From a virus (lineage: Duplodnaviria; Caudoviricetes): a DNA stretch of 41,931 nucleotides. A program made the translations under genes and the position numbers. The notes under the pieces were generated by a model. That model made no database searches. It saw only the letters and a list, made by a program, of their open reading frames with translations, and was not told the DNA's origin. Numbering within the stretch: position 1 is the stretch's first letter; every line of letters begins with the position of its first letter. Location of the stretch: the IMG/VR virus record IMGVR_UViG_3300044541_000053, positions 1 to 41,931 of that record; one strand, written 5' to 3'. Shown here one piece after another: positions 25,153 to 33,962 of this stretch.

Positions 25153-25337
25153 TGAGCTGTGCGGTCATCATCGGCGGCAGCATCGCATCGGCGGGGCCGA
25201 AGACAGAACCGCCGCCGGCTGATGGGCCGCCGCCATGCTCGCGGTGCGGAGCGGCGATGCAGCGTGACCAAGAGTGCTGCGCGAGCTGTGGGGCGGTGAC
25301 GATCGTGAGCCACGCCCACCAGAAGCAGCTCACATGA
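25152..25337 (+). CDS. Small Zn-ribbon hypothetical protein
   Basis: CSRCG...CASCG; TAATG coupling. Confidence 0.5.
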   Translation: MSCAVIIGGSIASAGPKTEPPPADGPPPCSRCGAAMQRDQECCASCGAVTIVSHAHQKQLT

Positions 25338-25516
25338 TGCCGTTGCCGCTGGTCGCGCGCACGTTGTGCGTGTCAATCGCGGCCAGTGTGGTGCTGGTCT
25401 TCGCTCAGGACTTCAGTCAGATCTACCTCCCCTGGTGGGCACAACTGTTGATGAGCTGGCCCGCCGGCAGAATTGCGATCGCCTGGTATCGCCGGAGACA
25501 CCCGTGGCCGTACTGA
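25334..25516 (+). CDS. Small membrane protein
   Basis: Hydrophobic segments; ATGA coupling. Confidence 0.5.
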   Translation: MMPLPLVARTLCVSIAASVVLVFAQDFSQIYLPWWAQLLMSWPAGRIAIAWYRRRHPWPY

Positions 25517-25527
25517 AAAAGGACCGC

Positions 25528-25968
25528 ATGAGCGCGGCCGAGTACCGCGCCGGCGCTGCCAAGGTGCCGCTCGAGGAGCAGGAGTGCAAGTGGCTCTTCG
25601 AGTGGGCGCAGACGCAGCGGTTCGGGGGTTGGAAGCTTTCCGATGTTCTGGTGCACGTGCCGAATGGCGCTTATCACGGCGCTGATCGCAAATCAGGCGC
25701 CGTCGTTGCACGCAAACTGCGTGAGCAGGGTGTGCAGCCTGGTGTCTTCGATTACATCCTTCCCGTGCCGATCATGCGTCTGCAGATTCCGGGTCTCTGG
25801 CTCGAGATGAAGCGCACCAAGGGTGGCACCGTGTCCGCCGAGCAGAAGAAGTTCGAAAGTCGAATGATTCAGCTCGGTTGGGCATGCGAAATCGCGAAGG
25901 GCTGGATCGATGCCGCCGCAATTATCGACCAACACCTCAAGCTGGCGGAGAAGAACTATGCAAAGTGA
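25528..25968 (+). CDS. VRR-NUC (PD-(D/E)XK) nuclease/resolvase
   Basis: HVPNG, GVQPGVFD, LWLEMKRTKGG.VS.EQ. Confidence 0.88.
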   Translation: MSAAEYRAGAAKVPLEEQECKWLFEWAQTQRFGGWKLSDVLVHVPNGAYHGADRKSGAVVARKLREQGVQPGVFDYILPVPIMRLQIPGLWLEMKRTKGGTVSAEQKKFESRMIQLGWACEIAKGWIDAAAIIDQHLKLAEKNYAK

Positions 25969-26167
25969 CAGCCACGAGCGCGAGACCGGCACCGAGGAAT
26001 ACACGTGGCTCTACATCGCACCACCGACGCCGTCGGCCAACTGGGGCCACCACGGGCGCCTGCGCTGGACCAACATCGCGATCCGGGGCTTGCTGATTCT
26101 GGTCACGCTCGCGGCCGCCGGCGGACTGTGGATGGGTCTCGCTCTGCTGCGCCAGGCCGTGAAGTGA
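25958..26167 (+). CDS. Small membrane protein
   Basis: C-terminal TM helix IAIRGLLILVTLAAAGGLWMGLALL. Confidence 0.55.
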   Translation: MQSDSHERETGTEEYTWLYIAPPTPSANWGHHGRLRWTNIAIRGLLILVTLAAAGGLWMGLALLRQAVK

Positions 26168-26718
26168 GAGATTGGGAGAAGTCGCTGCTCGAGCACGTCG
26201 ATACCACGCAACGCTTAGGCCACGTGCTCGCCTCGCAGTTGGATCCCGCGGTCACCATGCTCGCGATCGCGCTCACCGACGGGCACAAGATTCTGCTCTG
26301 CGGCAGCGGCGGCAGCGCCTGCGCGGCGATGCAGATGGCGGCCGAGCTCGTGGTGCGCTTCGTCGCCGATCGCAAGCCCTATCCCGCGGTCGCGCTCTCG
26401 GCCGCCGCGGCGGTGCTCACCGCCTGTGCGAACGACTACGGCTATGAGCGGGTGTTCTCGCGCCAGGTGCAGGCGCTGGGCGAGACCGGCGATGTGCTCA
26501 TCTCGTTTTCCGCCTCCGGCACCAGCAAGCCCGTGCTCGAGGCGATCCGCACCGCGAAGTTCCAAGGGATGCCGACGCTCGGGATCTGCGGCTCGAAGGC
26601 GTTGGGCTGCGATGTGGACATCGCCATCCCTTCCACCACCACCGCACGGATCCAGGAGCTTTCCATCCTATGTGGCCATTTAATCGTCGAACAGCTCGAA
26701 GAGCGGCTACCCAAGTAA
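26164..26718 (+). CDS. gmhA: SIS-domain phosphoheptose isomerase (GmhA/DiaA family), divergent active site
   Basis: KILLCGSGGSA, AELVVRF, LTACANDYGYERVFSRQV.ALG..GDVL..SASG.S, TARIQE. Confidence 0.88.
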   Translation: MRDWEKSLLEHVDTTQRLGHVLASQLDPAVTMLAIALTDGHKILLCGSGGSACAAMQMAAELVVRFVADRKPYPAVALSAAAAVLTACANDYGYERVFSRQVQALGETGDVLISFSASGTSKPVLEAIRTAKFQGMPTLGICGSKALGCDVDIAIPSTTTARIQELSILCGHLIVEQLEERLPK

Positions 26719-26777
26719 TTACGGACACAGTCGCGCGTGAGCTTCGGCGCGCTCTGCTTGTTCCAGGAGGCATTGTC

Positions 26778-27377
26778 ATGACAGAAGGCGATCCGCACAA
26801 CGTGCCGGGCTTCGGCCAACTCGGTGAGGACATGGAGCACCACGAATTGAAGCGCGTGCGCGGCTTGATCGGCGATGAACCGCCGGCGCCGCCCTCGGTG
26901 CCCGACGTCTTCCATGCGAACAGCGAGAAGGAGCGGGCGCTGATGGTGCAGGCGGTGACCACCGAGGTCACGCGCGAGCTCGGATCCTTGGTCGCGGGCT
27001 TGCGGCACGACATCCAGGCCAACACCGAGCTCATGCGCCTGATGGACGTGCCGGTCGAATCGATCGTGAACGCCCACGAACGCGCCAGCGAGTCGTTCGA
27101 GACCCTGCGCGGCGAGATGGCCCGCGGCGGCCTCGACAAGCTCGAGAAGGTGCTCGACGTCTCCGGGCTCGCGGATGCAGCCTCCAAAGCAGAAGTGCGG
27201 ATCTACAACCTGCTGGCGGCGCTCGAGAAGAAGATCGACGCGGCCTTCACCGTCAACAGCAACAACATGGTGCAGATCCTGCACCTGCTCGAACGCCTGC
27301 AGGCCCGCGAGCTGCGTGAAACCAAGCGCCGCATGGAGGCCGGCGCCAAGCGTGCCGTCGGCAAGGTGCGCAAATGA
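26778..27377 (+). CDS. Hypothetical coiled-coil protein between the two heptose genes
   Basis: RBS AGGAGG; helical composition. Confidence 0.7.
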   Translation: MTEGDPHNVPGFGQLGEDMEHHELKRVRGLIGDEPPAPPSVPDVFHANSEKERALMVQAVTTEVTRELGSLVAGLRHDIQANTELMRLMDVPVESIVNAHERASESFETLRGEMARGGLDKLEKVLDVSGLADAASKAEVRIYNLLAALEKKIDAAFTVNSNNMVQILHLLERLQARELRETKRRMEAGAKRAVGKVRK

Positions 27378-27790
27378 TCATCGGCTTGGCAACCGGGTGC
27401 TTCGATCTTCTGCACGAGGGCCACCTGCATTTCCTCCAGGAGGCGCGCAGCAAATGCGAGTACCTCGTGCTCGCCGTCAATCACGATGACAGCGTGCGGC
27501 GCTTGAAGGGCGAGGGCCGGCCGGTGCAGCGGGTCGCGCAGCGGATGTATGCGATCTTGGATCGCGGCTCGGCGTGGGTCGACGCCGTGATTCCCTTCGA
27601 TGGCGCGAAGGGATTTCTCGCGCAGCGCGTGCGGCCGACGATCTTCTGCGCCGGCTACGACATGCAGATCACCGGCGGCTTTGCGTTCGAACTGAGAGAG
27701 ATCAACTGCACGATTTCGAAGATCTCATACCTTCCCGGCTACTCGACTTCCTTGCAATTGGAACAGGCTCAGGCTAAAACGAGCGCGTGA
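27374..27790 (+). CDS. hldC: Heptose-1-phosphate adenylyltransferase-like nucleotidyltransferase (HldE domain II / HldC)
   Basis: TGCFDLLHEGH (HxGH), AVNHDDSVRRLKGEGRP, GYSTS. Confidence 0.88.
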   Translation: MIIGLATGCFDLLHEGHLHFLQEARSKCEYLVLAVNHDDSVRRLKGEGRPVQRVAQRMYAILDRGSAWVDAVIPFDGAKGFLAQRVRPTIFCAGYDMQITGGFAFELREINCTISKISYLPGYSTSLQLEQAQAKTSA

Positions 27791-28020
27791 AACCGAACGC
27801 CATGCATCGAGTCGCCCACCGCGGCGTGCACCAATGCGCACCGAAGGCCTGGCGCGCGGTGCCGAACATGACCGGCGATTACGATCTCGATGCGACCATC
27901 CTGCATCGGAACAATCCCGACATGGCTCACCGCCTCGCGCAGCACATCAGCGCGCCGCGCGGCATGGCGTATCGACCGCGGCACTACCAAGACAATCATG
28001 GGAACCACGGCGATGATTAA
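27787..28020 (+). CDS. Hypothetical His-rich protein
   Basis: GTGA coupling; weak evidence otherwise. Confidence 0.4.
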   Translation: MKPNAMHRVAHRGVHQCAPKAWRAVPNMTGDYDLDATILHRNNPDMAHRLAQHISAPRGMAYRPRHYQDNHGNHGDD

Positions 28021-28155
28021 TGCTCACGCGCCATTCCAAGACGGCAGCAAGCACGCAGCCAATGAGTATTGCCCACCTGCCACGGTCAGATGGACCGGAG
28101 CATGTGGGACAGCGAGGGAAAACTTCGACCCGAGTCTCAATGCTCAGTGACTCCA

Positions 28156-28258
28156 CCCCACATTAACCCCGAGAGAAGGGGTTAATAATGGCGTGGGGGC
28201 CTTCGGGCCCCCTCGTCTGAAAACCCCAGAATTGACGCTATCCCACGTAGTGTAATTT
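28156..28258 (+). promoter_or_regulatory. Hairpin pair and candidate late promoter before the packaging genes
   Basis: ATTAACCCC-N7-GGGGTTAAT (28162-28186); GGGGGCC-TTCG-GGCCCCC (28195-28212); TTGACG at 28232 with TAATTT 15 nt later. Confidence 0.5.
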
Positions 28259-28285
28259 TCCCCTCCGGGGCAGCAGGAGAAGCCG

Positions 28286-28510
28286 ATGCCCGACCTCGAC
28301 AAGATCTACAAATCGAAACTCGACCACAGTCACGGCGAGGGCCTGCAGGCGGTCTACCAAGCGGGCGTCGATGCCGGCAAAGCCGAAGTGGCTGCACAGA
28401 GTCCACCTCCAGGGAGCACTGACGATGTCGATGACAAAGACGCTGAAGTTGAACAAGAACCGGTCCCCGAAGGCAAAAAAACCAAAGCAGCCAAAGCCCA
28501 AGACGGCTAA
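28286..28510 (+). CDS. Hypothetical protein
   Basis: RBS AGGAG. Confidence 0.65.
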   Translation: MPDLDKIYKSKLDHSHGEGLQAVYQAGVDAGKAEVAAQSPPPGSTDDVDDKDAEVEQEPVPEGKKTKAAKAQDG

Positions 28511-28544
28511 ACCTCGCGAGCGTCAAGCTCACGAATTCCAGTAG

Positions 28545-29195
28545 ATGGCGCAGGGTGCGGGCGGCGGTCGCCCGACCAAGTACAAGGCTGCCTATCACTG
28601 CAAGCAGGCGAAGGCCCTCTCCCGGCTCGGCGCGACCGAGTTTGAGCTCGCCCAGTTCTTCGAGTTGGCGACCTCCACCATCACGCTCTGGATGCAACAG
28701 CATCCGAAGTTTTCGGCGGCCATAAAACTCGGCAAGGCGCCCTCCGACAAACGCACCGAGCGTTCGCTCTTCCACCGCGCCAACGGCTACAACTTCGAAT
28801 CGGAGGAGCTGTTCCTTGTCGACGAGGTGATCGAGACGCCGGCGCCGACCGAGAAGGATTCGAAGGCGGTCATCATCACTCGCACGAAGAAGGTACTGCG
28901 CGTGCCGATCGTGAAACATGTGCCACCCGATCCCACCTCGATCATCTTTTGGCTGAAGAATCGCCGCAAGGATCGCTGGCGCGACTTCAAGGCGACGGAG
29001 CTCTCGACGCCACTCGGGCGGCCGCTCGAGATGGCCCAGGTGCCGCCCGGTCAGATGCTGCTGCAGGACTACTATGCAAAGGTTACTCAGTCAGCCGCTG
29101 CCGCTGATCCCCATCCCGCAGCTGCTCGCGATCTGGGATCAGTCGGACGACGCGGGCAAGAACCGGACGATGATCCGGAATTTAGCCCGCGGTGA
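28545..29195 (+). CDS. terS: Terminase small subunit
   Basis: GRPTKY, LGAT..ELA.FF, W...HPKF, SLFHRANG, PPDPTSIIFWLKNR. Confidence 0.9.
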   Translation: MAQGAGGGRPTKYKAAYHCKQAKALSRLGATEFELAQFFELATSTITLWMQQHPKFSAAIKLGKAPSDKRTERSLFHRANGYNFESEELFLVDEVIETPAPTEKDSKAVIITRTKKVLRVPIVKHVPPDPTSIIFWLKNRRKDRWRDFKATELSTPLGRPLEMAQVPPGQMLLQDYYAKVTQSAAAADPHPAAARDLGSVGRRGQEPDDDPEFSPR

Positions 29196-30666
29196 TCGCT
29201 ACTATCTACTGGTTAAGGTCCTTGGCCGCACCGACGCGCTCCATCCGTGGATCTATGCGCGCTGCCGCGAGGTCGAATCTAACCCCGACGGTTATCTTGA
29301 TCTTTGGGCCCGTGAACACTACAAATCCACCATCATTACCTTTGCCGGCGCCATCCAGGAACTCCTCAACGACCCCGAGCTGACGATCGCGATCTTCAGC
29401 CACTCGAAGGGAATCGCCAAAGCGTTCCTACGGCAGATCCAGCAGGAGCTCGAGCGCAACGACCGGCTGAAGCAGCTCTTTCCGGAGATCCTCTACGAGA
29501 ATCCCGAGAAGCAGTCGCCACTGTGGTCACTCGACGATGGGATCCTGGTGAGGCGCAAGGGCAACGCGAAGGAGGCCTCGATCGAGGCGCACGGCCTGGT
29601 CGACGGGCAGCCAACCTCCAAGCACTTTCGCTTGCGCATCTACAACGACGTCGTCACGCGCGAGAGTGTGAGCACCCCGGAGCAGATCCAGAAGACCACC
29701 GAGGCTTGGAGCCTCTCGGATAACTTGGGGATGGTCGGCGGGCGTATCTGGTACGAGGGCACTCGCTACAATTTCGCCGATACTTACAGCGTCATAATGG
29801 AGCGCAAGGCCGCGATTCCCCGGATCTATCCGGCCACTGACAACGGTCTCGCCGACGGCCGTCCAGTGCTCTTGTCCCCGAAAGCGTGGGCTGAAAAGAA
29901 ACGTAACCAGCTGGAGGCCGACATTGCGTGCCAGCAGCTGTTGAACCCGCTCGCGGGGAAACAGCGCTACTTCGACCCCGACGATCTGCAGGTGTACGAG
30001 GTGCGCCCGAGCGTGCTGATGGCGTACCTCACGGTCGACCCGGCGCGCTCGAAAAAGAAGGATTCCGACAATACGGCCATGGCCGTGCAGGGCGTAGATA
30101 TTCATGGCCAGAAGTATCTGCTCGATGGCTTCGATCACAAGATGGACCTGTCCGAGCGCTGGTCGAATATGCGCGACCTGTATCTCAAGTGGAAGCGCAT
30201 GCCGGGAATTCTGGGGCTCAAAGTCGGCTACGAGACCTACGGCGCGCAAGCCGACATGGACTACATCGAGGAGCGCATGCGCATCGAGAATTGCCGCTTC
30301 GAGATCGCGGAGCTCGAGTGGCCCTCCGAGGGCCCGGGCAGCAAGAACGATCGCGTGCAGCGCTTGGGGCCCGATCTCAAGATGCACGCCTACTTTGTGC
30401 CGCACCCGACCGATGAGGACGAGCTCACCTCCATCCAGGTGCGCATGATCGCGTCGGGCTACGAGAACCGGCTCTCGCGCAAGATCGAGCAGGAGGATGA
30501 GAACGGAGAGAAGTACGATCTCACCGAGCGCTTCCGATTGCAGGTAGGCTTCTATCCTTTCACAGGACTCAAAGATCTCATCGATGCTGTTGCTCGCATT
30601 TACGACTTGGATCCTCGGCCGCCGACGTGGATCGACGAAGGGCCCATCGAGCCCGATGTAGTGTAA
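29074..30666 (+). CDS. terL: Terminase large subunit
   Basis: AREHYKST Walker-A-like motif, TSKHF..IYNDVV, EGTRY, TVDPA..DNTA, KDLIDA nuclease motifs; the start could be 29170. Confidence 0.92.
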   Translation: MQRLLSQPLPLIPIPQLLAIWDQSDDAGKNRTMIRNLARGDRYYLLVKVLGRTDALHPWIYARCREVESNPDGYLDLWAREHYKSTIITFAGAIQELLNDPELTIAIFSHSKGIAKAFLRQIQQELERNDRLKQLFPEILYENPEKQSPLWSLDDGILVRRKGNAKEASIEAHGLVDGQPTSKHFRLRIYNDVVTRESVSTPEQIQKTTEAWSLSDNLGMVGGRIWYEGTRYNFADTYSVIMERKAAIPRIYPATDNGLADGRPVLLSPKAWAEKKRNQLEADIACQQLLNPLAGKQRYFDPDDLQVYEVRPSVLMAYLTVDPARSKKKDSDNTAMAVQGVDIHGQKYLLDGFDHKMDLSERWSNMRDLYLKWKRMPGILGLKVGYETYGAQADMDYIEERMRIENCRFEIAELEWPSEGPGSKNDRVQRLGPDLKMHAYFVPHPTDEDELTSIQVRMIASGYENRLSRKIEQEDENGEKYDLTERFRLQVGFYPFTGLKDLIDAVARIYDLDPRPPTWIDEGPIEPDVV

Positions 30667-30863
30667 TGGCGCGCACGGATCTCATCGAGCGCGAGATCAC
30701 GCAGCTGAAGGTGAAAGCCTCGCGCGTGATCGACGATAAGGAAGCGTGGAGCGTCTCAAAAATCGACGCTGATCGCATCCTTCGCTTGACAGGGGAAATC
30801 ATCGAGCTTAGAAACCGGGAAGCCGAAGTTCGGCATCTTCACGGACTTGAGGGAGAGTATTGA
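30666..30863 (+). CDS. Hypothetical protein
   Basis: TAATG coupling. Confidence 0.55.
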   Translation: MARTDLIEREITQLKVKASRVIDDKEAWSVSKIDADRILRLTGEIIELRNREAEVRHLHGLEGEY

Positions 30864-31165
30864 TGGCCGCACGCGTTCTTCCCGCCTCACTCGGCAAGCC
30901 GGTGACGTCACGGCAATTCTCGTGGAAGGAAATGGTGATCCGGCAATGGGGCAGCGAGTACGCCGCGCCCGATCATCGCATCTACAACTTTTCGAACGGC
31001 CGCAGCTTCGATTCCACCGACTTAGGAACCACCGGTATTTACGAGCGCGGCATCTTGGACATTCAAAGCGAGAAGAGTCTCGCCGGCACCTATCCGCCGC
31101 ACCCGTTCACGTTGAACGCGGAAAGCGCGCCCGATGCCACCGGCGATCCGTTCCAAGTAGGCTGA
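30863..31165 (+). CDS. Hypothetical protein
   Basis: TGATG coupling; YNFSNGRSFDST motif. Confidence 0.65.
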   Translation: MAARVLPASLGKPVTSRQFSWKEMVIRQWGSEYAAPDHRIYNFSNGRSFDSTDLGTTGIYERGILDIQSEKSLAGTYPPHPFTLNAESAPDATGDPFQVG

Positions 31166-33165
31166 TGCCGAAATTCTCCGAGCTGCCGGTACTGCCGCCC
31201 CAGGCCTCGGACCTGATGGCGGGCTTGCGCGGCACGCAAGACTTCATGGCGCCGGCCTCGAACCTGTCCACCTTGGGCGGCAATCCGTACACGAGCGTCA
31301 ATACATTCGCACCCGCGGGCCTGCCCTTCGGCAATGGGGTGGCGGATGACACCGCGGTGTTCGCCGCCGCGATGGCATCGTTGGGATCGCTCGGCGGCAC
31401 GGTGTACTTCAACCGGCGCCACTACATCGCGGGCCCGCTCACGATCCCGACCAATGTCACGCTGCGCGGACCGTTCTCGCTGATCGGCGGACCGAACGCG
31501 ATCATCCAGCCGGCCTACGGCTTGATGGCGGCGTTGGTGTTGAACACCGCCAATTCGATCTTCGTGAGTACCGGCGCCGGCATCGATGGCGCGCTGATCG
31601 TGCCGCAGGGAATGACCTTCCCGCAGACGGTCTCAACCGGCTGGGTCGGCACCGCGGTGCAGTTGGTGGGCGACAACGCCTTCGTCATCAATTCGATGAT
31701 CTTGGGCTTCAACCAGGGGATCATCTCGGGGCCGGTCTGCACGTTCACGGGCTCGATCAGCAATGGGGTGGGCGGCGCGGGCATCATTCTCGCCGCGTCG
31801 GCCGTGACCGGCACGATCCGCGCCGGCATGGTGCTCTACAGTAATTCGATCTCGCCCTTGAGCGGCACGTGCGTTCTCACTCAGACGAGCGGCACCCCGG
31901 GCGGCGCCGGCAACTACACGGTCTCGATCTCGCAGAACTTGGCCGCCGAAGCACTCATCGGCAACATCGGCCAGGGCCCGAAGTTCTTCAACAACAAGAT
32001 CGACTGCAACAACGGCATCCTGATAAACAATCCCCAGGACACCGGGCATTGCTTCAACGTCGAGTGCTTCCCCTACGCGACCATCCCCGCGGTGGCCAAG
32101 CCCTCGAACTGGGCCGATCGGCTGGGCACTGCGTTTAGCATTCAGACGACCTTCGGCGGCTCCGGCGCCAATTGCACGCTCTACGACTGTTTCGCGTTCG
32201 GCTACCTCAACGGCTTCATCAGCAACGCGACTAATGATGCGATCTACGATGGCTGTTGGGCGGACGGCACCGGGGCGCTCGCGAATGCGGCCGGCTTTCA
32301 GATCATCGGCGGCTTCGGTGGCGCCGAGAACAAGCTCACCGCGTGCGTGGCTAGCGGGCAGCAGATCGGTTTCTACATCAACAACAATCTCGGCACCGAG
32401 ACCATGATGGTGCACATCACGTGCTCGGCCAACGAGGTCTCTGCGGCCGCTTTCGGCAACAAGCAAATCTGGATCAATTCGGGCGATGCCTACATCATCG
32501 GCGCCACGGTGCGCGGCAGCGGAAGCGGCGGCTCGGGCGGCAGGACCGACACCGCGGTGTATATCTCTGGCGCGGCTTCGCGGGTCATCATCGATGGGCT
32601 GCGCGCGCAAGGGTTGAATGGCACGGTGCCGCCGATCTACAACTTTGGCCTCTCGCCGTACCTCTTCATCGGCATCAATGATTTTAGCGACTTCACCTTG
32701 GGCCAGATCCCGGTGTACCAGTACGTGCCGCAAAGTGTGGTGTCGGCGGGTGTGATCACGACGCTGCCGCTCACGGGTGACACGTTTTTCCTGACCGGTT
32801 CGAGCGGCATCGGTGGCATGACCGGGAGTTACCCCGGCCGGCGCGTGCGGCTGATCATGGTGAACGGGCTGAGTGTGGTGCACGGAAACCCGGCGCCCAA
32901 TGGCTTTTTGCTCGCGGGTGGAATCGATACTTTTTTCCCCGCGGGCTCCATCCTCGAGCTCACCTACATGGTGACGAGCGGCTTCTCCGGCCAATGGGTG
33001 CAGACGAGCCCGATGCCGGTCCTGCAGGCCGGCTGGGGCACGCCGACCGGTCCCGGAGTTGTCACCAACTTCCCGGGCGGCGGGCCCGCGACGCTGGCGC
33101 AGTGTTCTAACGCGATCGCGATGCTCATCACCGTGATGAAGCAATATGGGATCTTGGCCGCATGA
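31165..33165 (+). CDS. Beta-helix (pectate-lyase-like) tailspike/depolymerase-type virion protein
   Basis: GNGVADDTAVF..A, GGTVYF, IPTNVTLRG motifs; Asn/Gly/Ile ladder composition; TGATG start. Confidence 0.78.
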   Translation: MPKFSELPVLPPQASDLMAGLRGTQDFMAPASNLSTLGGNPYTSVNTFAPAGLPFGNGVADDTAVFAAAMASLGSLGGTVYFNRRHYIAGPLTIPTNVTLRGPFSLIGGPNAIIQPAYGLMAALVLNTANSIFVSTGAGIDGALIVPQGMTFPQTVSTGWVGTAVQLVGDNAFVINSMILGFNQGIISGPVCTFTGSISNGVGGAGIILAASAVTGTIRAGMVLYSNSISPLSGTCVLTQTSGTPGGAGNYTVSISQNLAAEALIGNIGQGPKFFNNKIDCNNGILINNPQDTGHCFNVECFPYATIPAVAKPSNWADRLGTAFSIQTTFGGSGANCTLYDCFAFGYLNGFISNATNDAIYDGCWADGTGALANAAGFQIIGGFGGAENKLTACVASGQQIGFYINNNLGTETMMVHITCSANEVSAAAFGNKQIWINSGDAYIIGATVRGSGSGGSGGRTDTAVYISGAASRVIIDGLRAQGLNGTVPPIYNFGLSPYLFIGINDFSDFTLGQIPVYQYVPQSVVSAGVITTLPLTGDTFFLTGSSGIGGMTGSYPGRRVRLIMVNGLSVVHGNPAPNGFLLAGGIDTFFPAGSILELTYMVTSGFSGQWVQTSPMPVLQAGWGTPTGPGVVTNFPGGGPATLAQCSNAIAMLITVMKQYGILAA

Positions 33166-33413
33166 GCAGCTCAGACGACGGGATCGGTGACCTCGTTGCG
33201 CGCCGTGCACTCAAGCAGCTGGGCCGCTTCCGCAAGGCCGCCGCGTTCCATCAGAGGCAGCGCGGCGATGGCAGTGAGGGACCGCGCACGGGCACCGTGC
33301 ACCCGAACCGTCCCGATGCGCCGACGCCGATGACGCACATGCAGGTGCCGCATGATCTGGCGCGAGTCAGTGACAATGGCGACAACGGCTGCGATCCGGG
33401 ACCGATCCGATGA
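33162..33413 (+). CDS. Hypothetical protein
   Basis: ATGA coupling on both sides. Confidence 0.55.
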   Translation: MSSSDDGIGDLVARRALKQLGRFRKAAAFHQRQRGDGSEGPRTGTVHPNRPDAPTPMTHMQVPHDLARVSDNGDNGCDPGPIR

Positions 33414-33634
33414 GCGATGACGTCGTTGACCTGAATCAGAAGCGCCTGGACAAGGCGATCAAAGACGCCGGGGTGCCCGCCGGCGCCCAGCCCGTGACGA
33501 TCCTCGAGTGCGGCACCTGTCACGCGGTGCAGTTCTGCCTCGGCGAGAAGGGCATCGTGTTCTGCGCGCACTGCAAGATCCAGATCAACGCGCTGCGTTG
33601 GTACGACGTCAACGAACCCAAGCCTGCGGGCTAA
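33410..33634 (+). CDS. Small Zn-ribbon protein
   Basis: CGTC...F......CAHC. Confidence 0.65.
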   Translation: MSDDVVDLNQKRLDKAIKDAGVPAGAQPVTILECGTCHAVQFCLGEKGIVFCAHCKIQINALRWYDVNEPKPAG

Positions 33635-33647
33635 CGAGGAGAGAGCG

Positions 33648-33962
33648 ATGGAAGAAGCTGCAGTCGAAACCGAGATCCAGGCCAAGGGCCTCAACGCGCC
33701 GCGGATCACGCCCGAGCATCTCGACGCGGTGATCAAGAGCGAGGACTACCACGTATTCCCATCGACGATGCTGACGGTGTGTTGCCTGACGCTCGCGAAC
33801 GGCTTCACGGTCACCGGTGAGTCAGCCTGCGCGTCGCCGGCGAACTTCAACGCCGAACTCGGCCGTAAGATTGCCCGCGGTCATGCGCGCGACAAGATCT
33901 GGGCGCTCGAGGGCTACCTGCTGAAGCAGCGCCTCAACGAAGAGACGGGCAAAGCGGCATGA
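33648..33962 (+). CDS. N4 Gp49 / Sf6 gp66 family protein
   Basis: APRITP, LTVCCLTLANGFTVTGESACASPANFNAELGRKIAR..A.DKIWALEGYLL. Confidence 0.9.
   Translation: MEEAAVETEIQAKGLNAPRITPEHLDAVIKSEDYHVFPSTMLTVCCLTLANGFTVTGESACASPANFNAELGRKIARGHARDKIWALEGYLLKQRLNEETGKAA

Noticed and set aside
28162-28186. Fourth repressor operator
   Set aside because: The ACCC...GGGT spacing is 9 nt rather than the 6 nt of the three operators.
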